From Exiguobacterium sp. (GTDB lineage Bacteria; Bacillota; Bacilli; Exiguobacteriales; Exiguobacteriaceae), in contig NZ_JAFIFD010000026.1 of assembly GCF_020832205.1 (NCBI RefSeq), positions 7,269 through 71,268 of the forward strand: a stretch of 64,000 nt of DNA, written 5' to 3'. The translations under genes were made by a program, and so were the position numbers. This document shows, in pieces, positions 29,545-41,163 of this stretch. The notes under the pieces were generated by a model. That model ran no database searches and was not told where the DNA came from. It saw nothing but the letters and a program-made list of their open reading frames with translations. How positions within the stretch are numbered: the stretch's first letter is position 1; every line of letters starts with the position of its first letter.

Positions 29545-29982
29545 ATGTTAGCACCGACCTTCACGTTACCGAACCAAAACGGCGAGATGATCTCACTTGA
29601 ACAGTACCGCGGCCAAAAAGTCGTGTTGTACTTCTATCCGAAAGACGCGACACCAGGCTGTACGACCGAGGCGTGCGATTTCCGCGACGCGATGCCGAAA
29701 CTCGAAGGGGCCGTCGTCATCGGCATCTCGGCCGACAGTCAGAAGAAACATCAAAACTTCATCGCCAAGCATGAACTCCCGTTCGACTTGCTCGTCGATG
29801 AAGAGCATGAGGTGTCGGAGCTGTACGGCGTCTGGCAGTTGAAGAAGAACTACGGCAAAGAGTACTACGGCATCGTCCGTTCGACGTTCCTCATCAACGA
29901 GGACGGCTATATCGAACAAGAGTGGCGGAGCGTCAAAGTGAAAGGCCACGTCGACGAAGTCATCGCAGCCCTCACGTCATAA
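29545..29982 (+). CDS. bcp: thioredoxin-dependent thiol peroxidase
   Basis: Peroxiredoxin motif YFYPKDATPGCTTEAC. 145 aa. GAGGAGG RBS. Confidence 0.9.
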   Translation: MLAPTFTLPNQNGEMISLEQYRGQKVVLYFYPKDATPGCTTEACDFRDAMPKLEGAVVIGISADSQKKHQNFIAKHELPFDLLVDEEHEVSELYGVWQLKKNYGKEYYGIVRSTFLINEDGYIEQEWRSVKVKGHVDEVIAALTS

Positions 29983-29989
29983 GTCCGGC

Positions 29990-30018
29990 CGGTCTCCTGA
30001 ACAGGAGGCCGTTTTTTT
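29990..30018 (+). terminator. rho-independent terminator
   Basis: CGGTCTCCT/AGGAGGCCG stem followed by TTTTTTT. Confidence 0.8.
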
Positions 30019-30206
30019 GTAGGTGACGTTTACAGTTTGATGTCAATTCAGCAACGGATAAGCCCATGCGTACGAACGCCTGAGGTGGTTTATGACAACT
30101 TGTTTACGCGCCAATCGGCCGATTTGACGGCCGGACGACCTTGACGAGTATGCGAATCTTCTGAAAAATGGGAAAGGCAACGGTACTACATAGGGGGAAC
30201 GAACAG

Positions 30207-31565
30207 ATGGCACAATTTGAGAACTGGTTAACCACGCTATCGGACCTTGTCTGGGGTCCGCACTTACTTATTTTATTGATCGGAACAGGCATCTTTTTAA
30301 CTGTCCGACTCGGCTTTATCCAAGTGACAAGACTTGGGTTCGGTTTGAGAGAAGCATTCATCCCAAAAGCAAAAGATGAACAAAAGAAGCATCGCGGGGA
30401 CATCACGCATTTCCAGGCGCTCATGACCGCGCTCGCCGCGACGGTCGGGACCGGGAACATGGTCGGGGTCGCCACAGCGGTCGTGCTCGGTGGACCGGGC
30501 GCCATCGTCTGGATGTGGTTGTCTGGTTTCATCGGCATGGCGACGAAATATGCCGAGGCGATTCTTGCCGTCAAATACCGCGTCGTCGATGAGCGGGGCG
30601 AGATTGCCGGCGGACCGATGTATTACTTAGAACACGGCTTGAAAAAACGCTGGCTCGGCATGACGTTCGCCTTGTTCGCGGCCGTCGCCGCTTTCGGGAT
30701 CGGAAACGGCGTCCAAACGAATTCCATTAGTCTCGCGCTCAACACGTCGTTCGGCGTCCCGTTGTTCGTGACGGGGATCGTTCTCATGGTGCTGACGGCG
30801 TTCGTCATTCTCGGCGGCGTCAAGGCGATCGGGAAAGTCGTCGGCGTCTTCGTGCCGGTCATGATTTTTGCTTACGTCGGCGGGGGGGTCACCATCCTCG
30901 TCATGAACGCGGAGTTGATCCCGTCCGCTTTCGCGACGATCTTCTCGAGCACGTTCAGCGCGGAAGCGATCGGCGGCGGGGCACTCGGTGCCGCGATTCG
31001 ATACGGTGTCGCCCGCGGCGTATTCTCGAACGAGGCCGGCCTCGGCTCGGCACCGATCGCGGCGGCTGCCGCCAAGACCGATTTCCCGGGACGGCAAGCG
31101 CTCGTCTCGATGACCCAAGTGTTGATCGATACACTCATCGTCTGTTCCATCACGGGGCTGACAATCGTCATGAGCGGTCAGTACGCGAGTGGTCTGCAAG
31201 GAATCGAACTGACACAAGCATCATTCGCTTATTTCCTCGGACCGGTCGGGGAACTGATCGTCACGATCTCGCTCGTCTTCTTCGCTTTCTCGACGGTGAT
31301 CGGCTGGTGTTACTACGGGGAACGGTCGATTTATTACTTGTTTGGCGAGCGGTCGATCGTCCCTTACCGAATCATGTACATCGTTGTCGCCGGACTCGGC
31401 GCCATGACGACGAACTTGAATTTGATTTGGGCCGTCTCAGACGTCTTCAATGGCCTGATGGCCATCCCGAACTTGATCGGATTGCTGTTCTTGTCCGGGG
31501 TCGTCGTCGCGGAGACGAAGCGATTCGAGCTCGAAATGAAAAAAGAAAGACAACAAGCCGCATGA
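30207..31565 (+). CDS. alanine/glycine:cation symporter (AGCS family)
   Basis: Polytopic. FQALMTALAATVGTGNMVGVATAV and FSNEAGLGSAPIAAAAAKT are typical AGCS segments. GGGGGA RBS before the ATG at 30207. Confidence 0.88.
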   Translation: MAQFENWLTTLSDLVWGPHLLILLIGTGIFLTVRLGFIQVTRLGFGLREAFIPKAKDEQKKHRGDITHFQALMTALAATVGTGNMVGVATAVVLGGPGAIVWMWLSGFIGMATKYAEAILAVKYRVVDERGEIAGGPMYYLEHGLKKRWLGMTFALFAAVAAFGIGNGVQTNSISLALNTSFGVPLFVTGIVLMVLTAFVILGGVKAIGKVVGVFVPVMIFAYVGGGVTILVMNAELIPSAFATIFSSTFSAEAIGGGALGAAIRYGVARGVFSNEAGLGSAPIAAAAAKTDFPGRQALVSMTQVLIDTLIVCSITGLTIVMSGQYASGLQGIELTQASFAYFLGPVGELIVTISLVFFAFSTVIGWCYYGERSIYYLFGERSIVPYRIMYIVVAGLGAMTTNLNLIWAVSDVFNGLMAIPNLIGLLFLSGVVVAETKRFELEMKKERQQAA

Positions 31566-31568
31566 CAA

Positions 31569-31601
31569 AAGGACGCATTCCCGTGTTGGGAGTGCGTCCT
31601 T
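31569..31601. terminator. bidirectional rho-independent terminator
   Basis: AGGACGCATTCCC/GGGAGTGCGTCCT 13-bp stem between convergent genes. Confidence 0.8.
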
Positions 31602-31605
31602 GTCG

Positions 31606-33309
31606 TTACACTTTGAACTGGCCGATCAACTCGTTCAATTCATCCATCTTCTGTTGCGACATCTCCGTCGCTCGGTTCAGCTCACCGAACCGGTCGACCG
31701 AAAGCGTCACTTTCTCAGCGATGTCTTGCGTGCCGAGGGCGCCGTTGTTCACCGTGACGGCGACGTCTTGGATGACGGAAATCATGTTCGACGTCAACTG
31801 TTCGAGCTCGGCGGCGGCGTCCGCGAACTCGGAAGCGGTCGTCTCGAAACGTCCCGCATCCTCGCTGTACTGTTCAGCCGCTTCCTCGAGTTGGTCGTAG
31901 TCTTTGACGACGTTCGTGTCGAGGAAAGTGAGCATCTCGCTCGACGTCTCGTTCAAATGGTCGACCGAGTGAAGCACGGTCGTCGAGATCGCTTGGATGC
32001 GTTCGACGGTCGTCCGGCTCGTCTCGGCGAGCTTACGGATTTCGTCGGCGACGACGGCGAATCCGCGTCCTGCTTCTCCGGCCCGGGCCGCTTCGATTGA
32101 GGCGTTTAACGACAACAAGTTCGTCTGGGCGGCGATATCTAAAATGTCGTTCGTGAGCGTTGCGATCTCACGCACCGCCTTGGCGTCTTGCATCGCCCGT
32201 TCGAGCTTGTGCCGCGTCGAATCGAGCACGTCGAGGGCGGACGATTTCGCTTCGACGGCGTGGCCGCGCAAGGCGACCGCACGGGCGTCGACCCGTTTCG
32301 CTTCGTCTTTTCGTTCGGCTGCCATCGAGACGATGTGATGGAGCGTGCGTTCCATGTCCGAAGCTGACGCGTTCATCTCTTGAGCGCTCGCGGCCGTCTG
32401 TTGCATGCCCGCTGTCAAGTCCTCGGTCGTCGCGGCGGTCGTCGTCATGTACGTGTCAAGCGCTTTCAATTCTTCATACGTGTTGGCAGACTGAGCCGCG
32501 ACGCCGCGGGAGACGTCGTTCACTTGCAAGATGAGCTGTCGCAAGTTGGCGATGAATTGGTTGAAGTCACGTGCGAGCCCTGAGAACTCGTCGCGGCGTT
32601 TCACCGGGATCGCCGTCGTCAAATCGCCTTGGCTCGTCGCGAGTTCGCGCATTTTCACTTTGAACTCGTTCAACGGCTCGAAGATCGAGCGGAAGATGAA
32701 CAGCATCATGAGCACGGTGAAGATGGCGGCGGCCGCCATGATGACGATGAGTGTGAGCTGGACTTGTTCGAACAGCGCCTCCCCATGGTCGGTGTCGGCG
32801 ATAATCGCGTCCCGGTTCAAGTTGACGAGGAGGCCGAGCGTGTTCGACAGCGCATCCGCACTCGGCGTCGCCGTGTCGCGGATGTAGCCTTCGGCCGCTG
32901 CCGGTCCTTCTTCGTTTGAGATGCGAAGCAACTCCGCGATGTTCGTCTGAAACGTCGACCATTGCGTCATCGCCTGGTCGAACAGTTCACGGTCAGCCTC
33001 GGTGATGATCGTCGACTCGTAGCCGCTCATCCGTTGTTCTAAAATCGTGACGCCTGTCTCGACGTCGCGCTCGACGTTTAGTTTCGTCACTTCGTCTTCG
33101 ACGAGTGCGTGCCGAATCAGATGGCGCCGAATCTCGAGCAACTGTTTATCGACTTGATGAATCTGGTCCATGCCGGGCACCCACGACACGGTCATGTCTT
33201 CTTGTGCGGCTTTTGAGGCGTTCAAAGCGTATAACGCATAACCGCTCACGCCGAGCAATAAGACGAGCAAGACGGTGAACGCGGCAATCAGTTTATTCCG
33301 GATTGACAT
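31606..33309 (-). CDS. methyl-accepting chemotaxis protein
   Basis: TM1 [21 protein letters not shown], sensor domain, TM2, HAMP, conserved signalling hairpin [49 protein letters not shown] before the ATG at 33309. Confidence 0.9.
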   Translation of the reverse strand: MSIRNKLIAAFTVLLVLLLGVSGYALYALNASKAAQEDMTVSWVPGMDQIHQVDKQLLEIRRHLIRHALVEDEVTKLNVERDVETGVTILEQRMSGYESTIITEADRELFDQAMTQWSTFQTNIAELLRISNEEGPAAAEGYIRDTATPSADALSNTLGLLVNLNRDAIIADTDHGEALFEQVQLTLIVIMAAAAIFTVLMMLFIFRSIFEPLNEFKVKMRELATSQGDLTTAIPVKRRDEFSGLARDFNQFIANLRQLILQVNDVSRGVAAQSANTYEELKALDTYMTTTAATTEDLTAGMQQTAASAQEMNASASDMERTLHHIVSMAAERKDEAKRVDARAVALRGHAVEAKSSALDVLDSTRHKLERAMQDAKAVREIATLTNDILDIAAQTNLLSLNASIEAARAGEAGRGFAVVADEIRKLAETSRTTVERIQAISTTVLHSVDHLNETSSEMLTFLDTNVVKDYDQLEEAAEQYSEDAGRFETTASEFADAAAELEQLTSNMISVIQDVAVTVNNGALGTQDIAEKVTLSVDRFGELNRATEMSQQKMDELNELIGQFKV

Positions 33310-33526
33310 AGTGATCCTCCCCATGTATACAGTCTTCTCTATAAGCATAAGGAGATTGGGCCGCTCACCGAATAGCTCTTTTAGGAAACGAGTCAATGTT
33401 CGTGTCAGATTTCCCATGTTTGTAAAAAATGAAGCCGATTTTTGCCGGATTGGATTTTCTTTTTTGTCTTATGAAATAGTGGTATGATAAGGAGCGATGT
33501 ATGAAAACATGTTGGAGGTGTGAAGA

Positions 33527-33817
33527 TTGACTCGAATCACAGAAGATGAAGTACGGCACGTCGCCGGGCTCGCCCGACTTGCGATCACTGATGATGAAGT
33601 GACGCACTTCACGGAGCAATTGACAAAAATTCTCGAGTTCGCTGAGCAACTCGATGAGCTTGATACGACGGGCGTCATTCCGACGACCCATGCCCTAGAT
33701 TTGAAAAACGTAATGCGCAAAGACGAGGTCCGCCCGTCGCTTCCACGCGAGGAAGTCGAACGGATGGCGCCTGATTGGGAAAACGGTCAAGTCCGTGTCC
33801 CAGCCGTCTTTGAATAA
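33527..33817 (+). CDS. gatC: Asp-tRNA(Asn)/Glu-tRNA(Gln) amidotransferase subunit C
   Basis: [24 protein letters not shown]..., 96 aa. TTG start after GGAGGTG. Followed by gatA and gatB. Confidence 0.92.
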   Translation: MTRITEDEVRHVAGLARLAITDDEVTHFTEQLTKILEFAEQLDELDTTGVIPTTHALDLKNVMRKDEVRPSLPREEVERMAPDWENGQVRVPAVFE

Positions 33818-33828
33818 GGAGGCCCCAC

Positions 33829-35271
<1,443 letters not shown>

Positions 35272-35282
35272 GGAGGACAACG

Positions 35283-36713
35283 ATGAACTTTGAAACGATC
35301 ATCGGGATCGAGGTGCACGCTGAGCTGAGCACGAAGTCGAAGATTTGGTGTGGCTGCTCGCGCACGTACGGTGCCGAAACGAATACACAGACGTGTCCGA
35401 TTTGCCTCGGACACCCGGGCGTCTTGCCTAAATTGAACGAAGAGGCGGTCAATCTCGCCATCAAGGCCGCGATGGCACTGAACTGTGAAGTCGCGACCGA
35501 TACGAAATTTGACCGGAAGAACTACTTCTATCCGGATACGCCGAAAGCGTACCAAATCTCGCAGTTCGACCAGCCGATCGGTTTTAACGGCCATGTCGAC
35601 GTCGAAGTCGACGGCGAGATGAAACGGTTCCGCATCGAGCGCGTCCACTTAGAAGAAGATGCCGGGAAGATGAACCATACGGGCGAGAAACACTCGGTCG
35701 TCGACTTCAACCGGACGGGTTCACCGCTCATCGAGATCGTCAGTGAAGCCGACATGCGCTCGCCGAAAGACGCGGTCGCGTACCTCGAGCGCTTGAAAGA
35801 AGTGCTCTCGTTCGCCGGCGTCTCAGACGTCAAGATGGAAGAAGGGTCGCTTCGTTGCGACTGCAACATCTCGGTCCGTCCGTTCGGGCAAGAGCCGTTC
35901 GGCACGAAGACGGAGCTCAAAAACTTGAACTCGTTCTCGAACGTGTTGAAGGCGCTCGAGTATGAGGAAGAACGTCATCGTAAACTGCTCATCACGGGCG
36001 GCGTCATGCGTCAAGAGACGCTCCGCTTCGATGAGGCGGCGAAGAAGACGATCCTCATGCGTGTCAAAGAAGGCGCGGCCGACTACCGCTACTTCCCAGA
36101 GCCGGACCTCGTCCGTCTTGAAATCGATGAGGAATGGAAGGAGCGCATTCGCGCCACGCTTCCGGAACTCCCGGTCGCACGCCGTGAACGTTACATGAAC
36201 AACTATGGCTTGTCTGCGTATGACGCGAAGGCACTCACGTCGACACGTGAGTTCTCAGACTTCTTCGAGGCGACGACAGCCGCAGGTGCCGAGCCGAAAG
36301 CCGCAGCCAACTGGCTCATGGGCGAAGTGCTCGGACATTTGAACAAATCGGATGAGACGATCGAGACGATGAAGCTGACGCCGGGCGCGCTCGCGGAGTT
36401 GATTCGTTTGATCGGAGACGGTACAATTTCTTCGAAGATCGCCAAACGTGTGTTCACAGCGATGATCGAGGAAGGCGCCGAACCGAAAGCGTATGTCGAA
36501 GCGAACGGACTCGCCCAAATCTCGGACGAGAACTTGCTTCGCGGCTACATCGTGGACTTGTTCGAAGCGCATCCGCAAATGATTGAAGACTTTAAGAACG
36601 GGAAAGACCGGGCTAAAGGCTTCATCATCGGTCAGATCATGAAACAGACGAAAGGGATGGCGAACCCGGCACTCCTCGATGGCTTGTTCCACGAAGAGAT
36701 TGCCAAACGCTAA
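35283..36713 (+). CDS. gatB: Asp-tRNA(Asn)/Glu-tRNA(Gln) amidotransferase subunit B
   Basis: [15 protein letters not shown]..., [18 protein letters not shown] motifs. 476 aa. Confidence 0.95.
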   Translation: MNFETIIGIEVHAELSTKSKIWCGCSRTYGAETNTQTCPICLGHPGVLPKLNEEAVNLAIKAAMALNCEVATDTKFDRKNYFYPDTPKAYQISQFDQPIGFNGHVDVEVDGEMKRFRIERVHLEEDAGKMNHTGEKHSVVDFNRTGSPLIEIVSEADMRSPKDAVAYLERLKEVLSFAGVSDVKMEEGSLRCDCNISVRPFGQEPFGTKTELKNLNSFSNVLKALEYEEERHRKLLITGGVMRQETLRFDEAAKKTILMRVKEGAADYRYFPEPDLVRLEIDEEWKERIRATLPELPVARRERYMNNYGLSAYDAKALTSTREFSDFFEATTAAGAEPKAAANWLMGEVLGHLNKSDETIETMKLTPGALAELIRLIGDGTISSKIAKRVFTAMIEEGAEPKAYVEANGLAQISDENLLRGYIVDLFEAHPQMIEDFKNGKDRAKGFIIGQIMKQTKGMANPALLDGLFHEEIAKR

Positions 36714-36729
36714 CGAAGCGGCGAGGCAC

Positions 36730-36754
36730 TTGTGTCTCGCTTTTCGCTCGACAT
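36730..36754 (+). terminator. rho-independent terminator
   Basis: GCGAGGCA/TGTCTCGC stem followed by TTTTC. Confidence 0.6.
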
Positions 36755-36775
36755 GAGCAAAGGGAGAGAATCAGT

Positions 36776-37774
36776 ATGCAACGGAAACGTGCGCGGGTCA
36801 TCTATAACCCGACATCAGGAAAAGAAGTGATCAAACGGGAACTCCCGTATATCTTGAACCGCCTCGAGGATGCGGGTTATGAGACGTCGACGTACGCGAC
36901 GAAAGCAATCGGTGACGCGACGCTAGAAGCCGTCCGCGCCGCCGCGGCCGAGTTCGATTTAATCGTCGCAGCCGGTGGGGACGGTACGCTGAACGAGGTC
37001 ATCTCTGGACTCGCGCCGCTCGAAACGCGTCCGACGATCGGACTCATTCCGGTCGGGACGACGAACGACTTCGCCCGGGCGATGCGAATCCCGCTCAGCG
37101 TCGTCGGCGCGCTCGACGTCATCTGCGACGGGTTCGAGATGCCGGTCGACCTCGGAGAGATCGAAGGCGAGAAAGGTGACATCCACTACTTCATCAACAT
37201 CGCCGGCGGCGGCATCATGACGGAGCTGTCGTACGAAGTGCCGTCGAAACTGAAGACGGCGCTCGGTCAGCTCGCTTATTACGTCAAAGGGATGGAGAAA
37301 CTGCCGCTCATCAAACCGACGTATATCGAGCTCGAGCACGACGAAGGGACGTTCAGCGGCGAAGTAATGATTTTCCTCACGTCGAACTCGAACTCGGTCG
37401 GCGGATTTGAGAAGATCTCACCGCACGCGTCATTGAACGACGGCTTGTTCGACTTGTTCATCTTACGGAAATGTAACTTGTTCGAGTTCATCCACGTCGT
37501 CCGTCTGCTCTTGCGCGGCGAACACTTGTCGAGCCCGCTCGTCGAACATTTCAAGACGAGCCACGTCAAGATGAAGACGACGGAGCCGATGAGCCTCAAC
37601 ATCGACGGCGAGTACGGCGGGGAATGTACCGGCGAGATGCGCAACTTGTTCCGTCACTTGACGGTGCTCGCGCCGAACGCCCGTATTCGCGAGATGGAAG
37701 AGTTGAACGCCCAATATGAGCGCGAACAGATGATCAAACAGCTGTTCAACGTGTCAATCGAGAAAGCAGAATGA
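36776..37774 (+). CDS. dagK: diacylglycerol kinase (BmrU/YerQ lipid kinase family)
   Basis: RARVIYNPTSGK, AAGGDGTLNEV and GTTNDFAR motifs. It has the same position after gatCAB as B. subtilis dagK (yerQ). Confidence 0.88.
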   Translation: MQRKRARVIYNPTSGKEVIKRELPYILNRLEDAGYETSTYATKAIGDATLEAVRAAAAEFDLIVAAGGDGTLNEVISGLAPLETRPTIGLIPVGTTNDFARAMRIPLSVVGALDVICDGFEMPVDLGEIEGEKGDIHYFINIAGGGIMTELSYEVPSKLKTALGQLAYYVKGMEKLPLIKPTYIELEHDEGTFSGEVMIFLTSNSNSVGGFEKISPHASLNDGLFDLFILRKCNLFEFIHVVRLLLRGEHLSSPLVEHFKTSHVKMKTTEPMSLNIDGEYGGECTGEMRNLFRHLTVLAPNARIREMEELNAQYEREQMIKQLFNVSIEKAE

Positions 37775-37869
37775 GTCGGCTCGGCGTGGCGCACACGTCG
37801 AGCTTTTCGTTCGCCTCGAACGGGTAAACGATCTATACAGGAATCTTTGAATCGAGAAAGGAGAGGCAT

Positions 37870-39228
37870 ATGCTACCAGTGAAAAAGAATGACCGTCTTG
37901 ACGTCGACATCCACGACCTCACCCACGAAGGGGCTGGCGTGGCGCGCGTCGACGGCTATACGTTGTTCGTGCCGAACGCGCTCCCCGGTGAGACGGTCGA
38001 GATCGTCGTCACGAAGACGAACAAACAGTACGGGTTCGCCCGATTGATTGATGTGAAACAAGCGAGCGCGGACCGCGTCGAACCGCCGTGCCCGATCTTT
38101 TATCAGTGCGGAGGCTGTCAGCTTCAGCACTTCAGCTATGACGGACAACTCCGTCAAAAACGCGCCCGCGTCGTCGACGCGCTGCAGCGGCTCGGCCAGT
38201 TCGACGTCCCGGTCCACGAGACGATCGGCATGCCGGAACCGTGGCGCTATCGCAATAAGGCACAAGTGCCGTTCAAAGACGAAGCGGGACGCCTTGTCGC
38301 CGGCTTCTATCGTCCGCGTTCCCACGACATCGTCGAGATGAAGGAATGCCTCATCCAAGACGAGCGCAACGACGAGGCCGTCCAAGTCGTCCGTGACGTG
38401 CTCGCGGCGCATGATGTGCCCGCATACGATGAGAAGACAGGCCGTGGCGTCATCCGCCACGTCATGGCTCGCTATGGATACCATTCAGGAGAGTTGATGA
38501 TCGTCCTCATCACGAAGACGACGAAAATCAAAGGCGTGAACGAGATCGTCGCTGACATTTTGAAACGTCTCCCGGACGTGACATCGATCATGCAAAACGT
38601 TAACCCTGACAAGACGAACGTCATCTTAGGATCGACGAACAAACTCTTGTACGGTCATGAGACAATCGAGGACAAGATCGGCGGACTGACGTTCACGATT
38701 TCCCCGCACTCGTTCTTCCAGGTCAACCCGGTCCAAACGGAAAAACTTTACGGCAAGGCGCTTGAGTATGCGCAGTTGACCGGGACCGAGCAAGTCGTCG
38801 ACGCCTATTGCGGCATCGGGACGATCAGTCTGTTTCTCGCGCGGAAAGCGGCGCACGTGTACGGCGTCGAAGTCGTACCGGAAGCGATCGAGGACGCGAA
38901 ACAGAACGCGCTCGTCAATGAGATCGATAACGTGACGTACGCGTGTGGTGCGGCGGAAGATGTGTTGCCACAGTGGAAGAAAGATGGCATCAACCCGGAC
39001 GTCATCGTCGTCGACCCACCGCGGAAAGGCTGTGCCGAGTCGTTCCTCGAGACGATGGTCGAGATGAGTCCGAAGCGGATCGTCTACGTGTCGTGTAACG
39101 TCGCGACGCAAGCGCGCGATATGCGTTACCTCGCAGACCGTGGCTACCGCCTCGTCGAAGTGACACCAGTCGACATGTTCCCGCATACGGCGCATGTCGA
39201 GACGGTGGCGTGGATGGAAAAAGTATAA
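37870..39228 (+). CDS. rlmD: 23S rRNA (uracil-C5)-methyltransferase (RumA/RlmD family)
   Basis: TRAM N-terminus, Fe-S cysteines CPIFYQCGGCQLQH plus a downstream Cys, SAM motif DAYCGIGTISL, catalytic VYVSCN. Confidence 0.9.
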   Translation: MLPVKKNDRLDVDIHDLTHEGAGVARVDGYTLFVPNALPGETVEIVVTKTNKQYGFARLIDVKQASADRVEPPCPIFYQCGGCQLQHFSYDGQLRQKRARVVDALQRLGQFDVPVHETIGMPEPWRYRNKAQVPFKDEAGRLVAGFYRPRSHDIVEMKECLIQDERNDEAVQVVRDVLAAHDVPAYDEKTGRGVIRHVMARYGYHSGELMIVLITKTTKIKGVNEIVADILKRLPDVTSIMQNVNPDKTNVILGSTNKLLYGHETIEDKIGGLTFTISPHSFFQVNPVQTEKLYGKALEYAQLTGTEQVVDAYCGIGTISLFLARKAAHVYGVEVVPEAIEDAKQNALVNEIDNVTYACGAAEDVLPQWKKDGINPDVIVVDPPRKGCAESFLETMVEMSPKRIVYVSCNVATQARDMRYLADRGYRLVEVTPVDMFPHTAHVETVAWMEKV

Positions 39229-39232
39229 TAAA

Positions 39233-39279
39233 AACCCTTAGCTTTTCCGTTTTCATACGGTTCAGCTAAGGGTTCTTTT
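39233..39279 (+). terminator. rho-independent terminator
   Basis: AACCCTTAGCT/AGCTAAGGGTT outer stem with an inner CCGT/ACGG hairpin, then CTTTT. Confidence 0.75.
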
Positions 39280-39359
39280 ATACTTCTAAATTGAAGTATC
39301 CTTATTTATTTTGAATGGGAGCTTAAGGTTTATCGTAATCCGTAGAGAAGGGCTTTTCT

Positions 39360-39531
39360 TCATAGCAAAATAGACTCTAAGTTTGTTCGAATATGCCAAG
39401 GATTACTATAAATCGTAGACAAGTCGCTCAGGATTCGCTCATGTTTATAAATATTGGATGAGCTGTGCTTCAACAGTAATCAATTGTTGTTCGTCAGTAA
39501 TCTCAAGCTTATTTGAGGATCCATTAGGATT
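39360..39531 (-). pseudogene. eroded Fic/DOC toxin remnant downstream of vbhA
   Basis: Minus-strand fragments NPNGSSNKLEITDEQQLITVEAQLIQYL* (39445-39531) and STIYSNPWHIRTNLESILL* (39360-39419, other frame) resemble the Fic N-terminal segments (..LkNKLgItD...L...E and ..iY.WAG.iRt). No HPFxxGNGR motif and no intact ORF. Confidence 0.4.
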
Positions 39532-39712
39532 GACGTGCTTTCGTGTACTGCTCCATAATGGCTTGCTTAAACTGGGATGAAGTGATTTCGCCATCTTCAT
39601 ATCGCTCCAGCAATTTTTGTGTAAAAGGACTTGGTTTTCCCCCATCGATTGCGGCCATACCAACTGCAAATTTTACTTGTTTTTGACGTTCGATATATGA
39701 GTTCTGATCCAT
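39524..39712 (-). CDS. VbhA-family antitoxin (Fic inhibitor)-like small protein
   Basis: MDQNSYIERQKQVKFAVGMAAIDGGKPSPFTQKLLERYEDGEITSSQFKQAI resembles VbhA-domain antitoxins. An RBS-like GGGTGA precedes the ATG at 39712; the ORF track extends to 39763. Confidence 0.6.
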   Translation of the reverse strand: MDQNSYIERQKQVKFAVGMAAIDGGKPSPFTQKLLERYEDGEITSSQFKQAIMEQYTKARQS

Positions 39713-39976
39713 TTTTTTCACCCTTTTCACTTCGATTAACTTATTAGTAATTATATCATACACGACGAACTATAAAATCGTGTGCAACTTCTCGCGATTA
39801 GTATGAACTCGAAGGCAGCGGACGAGGCTTTGTGAAGAAAGTGCTGTGTTTCAATTGACGAATGTCTGAAAAGAATAACAATCATTCAGCGTGAACAAGG
39901 GAATAAGATAACGATTGAACGTCATATGGAGAAGGGGGCGGGTTATAAAATTGATCAGCGAAGGAGGGCACTCGGT

Positions 39977-40450
39977 TTGAAACCATTGACTGAGTTGATT
40001 CAAGCATATACGTCGACCGTCAAACAAGGAGACATGCCGCTCGCGTATCGAGGTATCCTTGAATTTCTAGGGCACCTGCGATCTCGTTTCATGAAGAGTG
40101 GATACGAGGTGAGCGGTCTGTACCCAGGCTATATGGATATGTCTTACGTATCGGTAAACACATCGTCTTTGAAAGAGAGAGGGCTTAAAATCGCAGTTGT
40201 CTATCTCCATGGTACAGGGTGCTTTGAGGTGTGGTTGTCCGCTCGCAATAGGACACTGTCGGAACAGTACGCGACCACGTTTCAAACAGTACAAGGCTTC
40301 CATAACGATGAAAATCTAGATGCCATTCTTGAGCGCACATTGACATCTTCTCCCGATTTTGATGAGCCGGAGCAGTTGGCTGAATTGATTGAGCGGGAAG
40401 TCGAACGGTTCATTCAAGATGTGGAAACAATACTCGAGGGAGGGCGCTGA
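39977..40450 (+). CDS. hypothetical protein
   Basis: ORF with an AAGGAGGG RBS 8 nt before the TTG at 39977; the ORF-track ATG at 39926 lacks an RBS. No motif recognised. Confidence 0.55.
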   Translation: MKPLTELIQAYTSTVKQGDMPLAYRGILEFLGHLRSRFMKSGYEVSGLYPGYMDMSYVSVNTSSLKERGLKIAVVYLHGTGCFEVWLSARNRTLSEQYATTFQTVQGFHNDENLDAILERTLTSSPDFDEPEQLAELIEREVERFIQDVETILEGGR

Positions 40451-40677
40451 TGGATTGGATGGCCGAAGTAGAAATGAGACTGAAGCGAGGTAATCAACTT
40501 CTGTGTGCGAAAGACAATACGTTTTTGGAAACATCCGGCAGACGGGTATTTGATTCCTATAGGAGCGACAAATCTCTATAACCTGGTTTTGTCGCACGCT
40601 GTCAGTCAACGTAAGGCGCACCAGTAGAAGCAGCAAGGAAGGGTTGGTCAAAAACAGGATATGAGGAGATCGTGTAA

Positions 40678-41055
40678 ATGATGAAACAGACTAAAATGAC
40701 AACTGTAGATGAATACATTTTACAATTTCCTGTTGAGGTTCAAGCAATCCTCCAGACGCTGAGGAAGTTAGTAAAAGACATCTCCCCTGAGGCAGAAGAA
40801 AAGATGAGTTACCAAATGCCCACGTATTATTTAAAAGGTAATTTGGTGCACTTTGCAGCATATAAAAATCATATTGGATTTTATCCAACTCCAGCAGGCA
40901 TCGACGCTTTCAAAGATGAGTTATCCGACTACAAAAGTGCAAAAGGTTCTGTTCAGTTTCCGATTGATAAACCGATTCCTTTCGAATTAATAAAGAGGAT
41001 AGTTGAGTTTAGAGTGAGTGAGATGAACGGTGACGCCGTAAAAAATAAAGAGTGA
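40678..41055 (+). CDS. DUF1801 (YdhG-like) domain protein, second copy
   Basis: TVDEYILQFPVEVQAILQTLRKLVKDISPEAEEKMSYQMPTYYLKGNLVHFAAYKNHIGFYP is typical of DUF1801. GAGGAG RBS. Confidence 0.75.
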   Translation: MMKQTKMTTVDEYILQFPVEVQAILQTLRKLVKDISPEAEEKMSYQMPTYYLKGNLVHFAAYKNHIGFYPTPAGIDAFKDELSDYKSAKGSVQFPIDKPIPFELIKRIVEFRVSEMNGDAVKNKE

Positions 41056-41132
41056 CCGAGATATCGGCTTTATTTCCTGCCCACGAGATCGAAGTCGGTT
41101 GAAGTTACTAGAGAACTACGCGAAAACATGCA

Positions 41133-41163
41133 AAAAGACGGGCATTGAGGCCCGTCTTTTGTT
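41133..41163. terminator. bidirectional rho-independent terminator
   Basis: AAAAGACGGGC/GCCCGTCTTTT 11-bp stem between convergent genes. Confidence 0.85.

Noticed and set aside
30020-30206. Possible riboswitch (glycine or c-di-AMP type) upstream of the alanine:cation symporter.
   Set aside because: There is no match to the conserved cores I know. Only a weak CGGCCG-based 6-bp hairpin without a T-run is present.
40450-40581. 43-codon ORF overlapping the stop of 39977-40450 (TGATG).
   Set aside because: It has no recognisable features, no hydrophobic segment and no independent RBS. It could be a gene remnant, but the evidence is insufficient.
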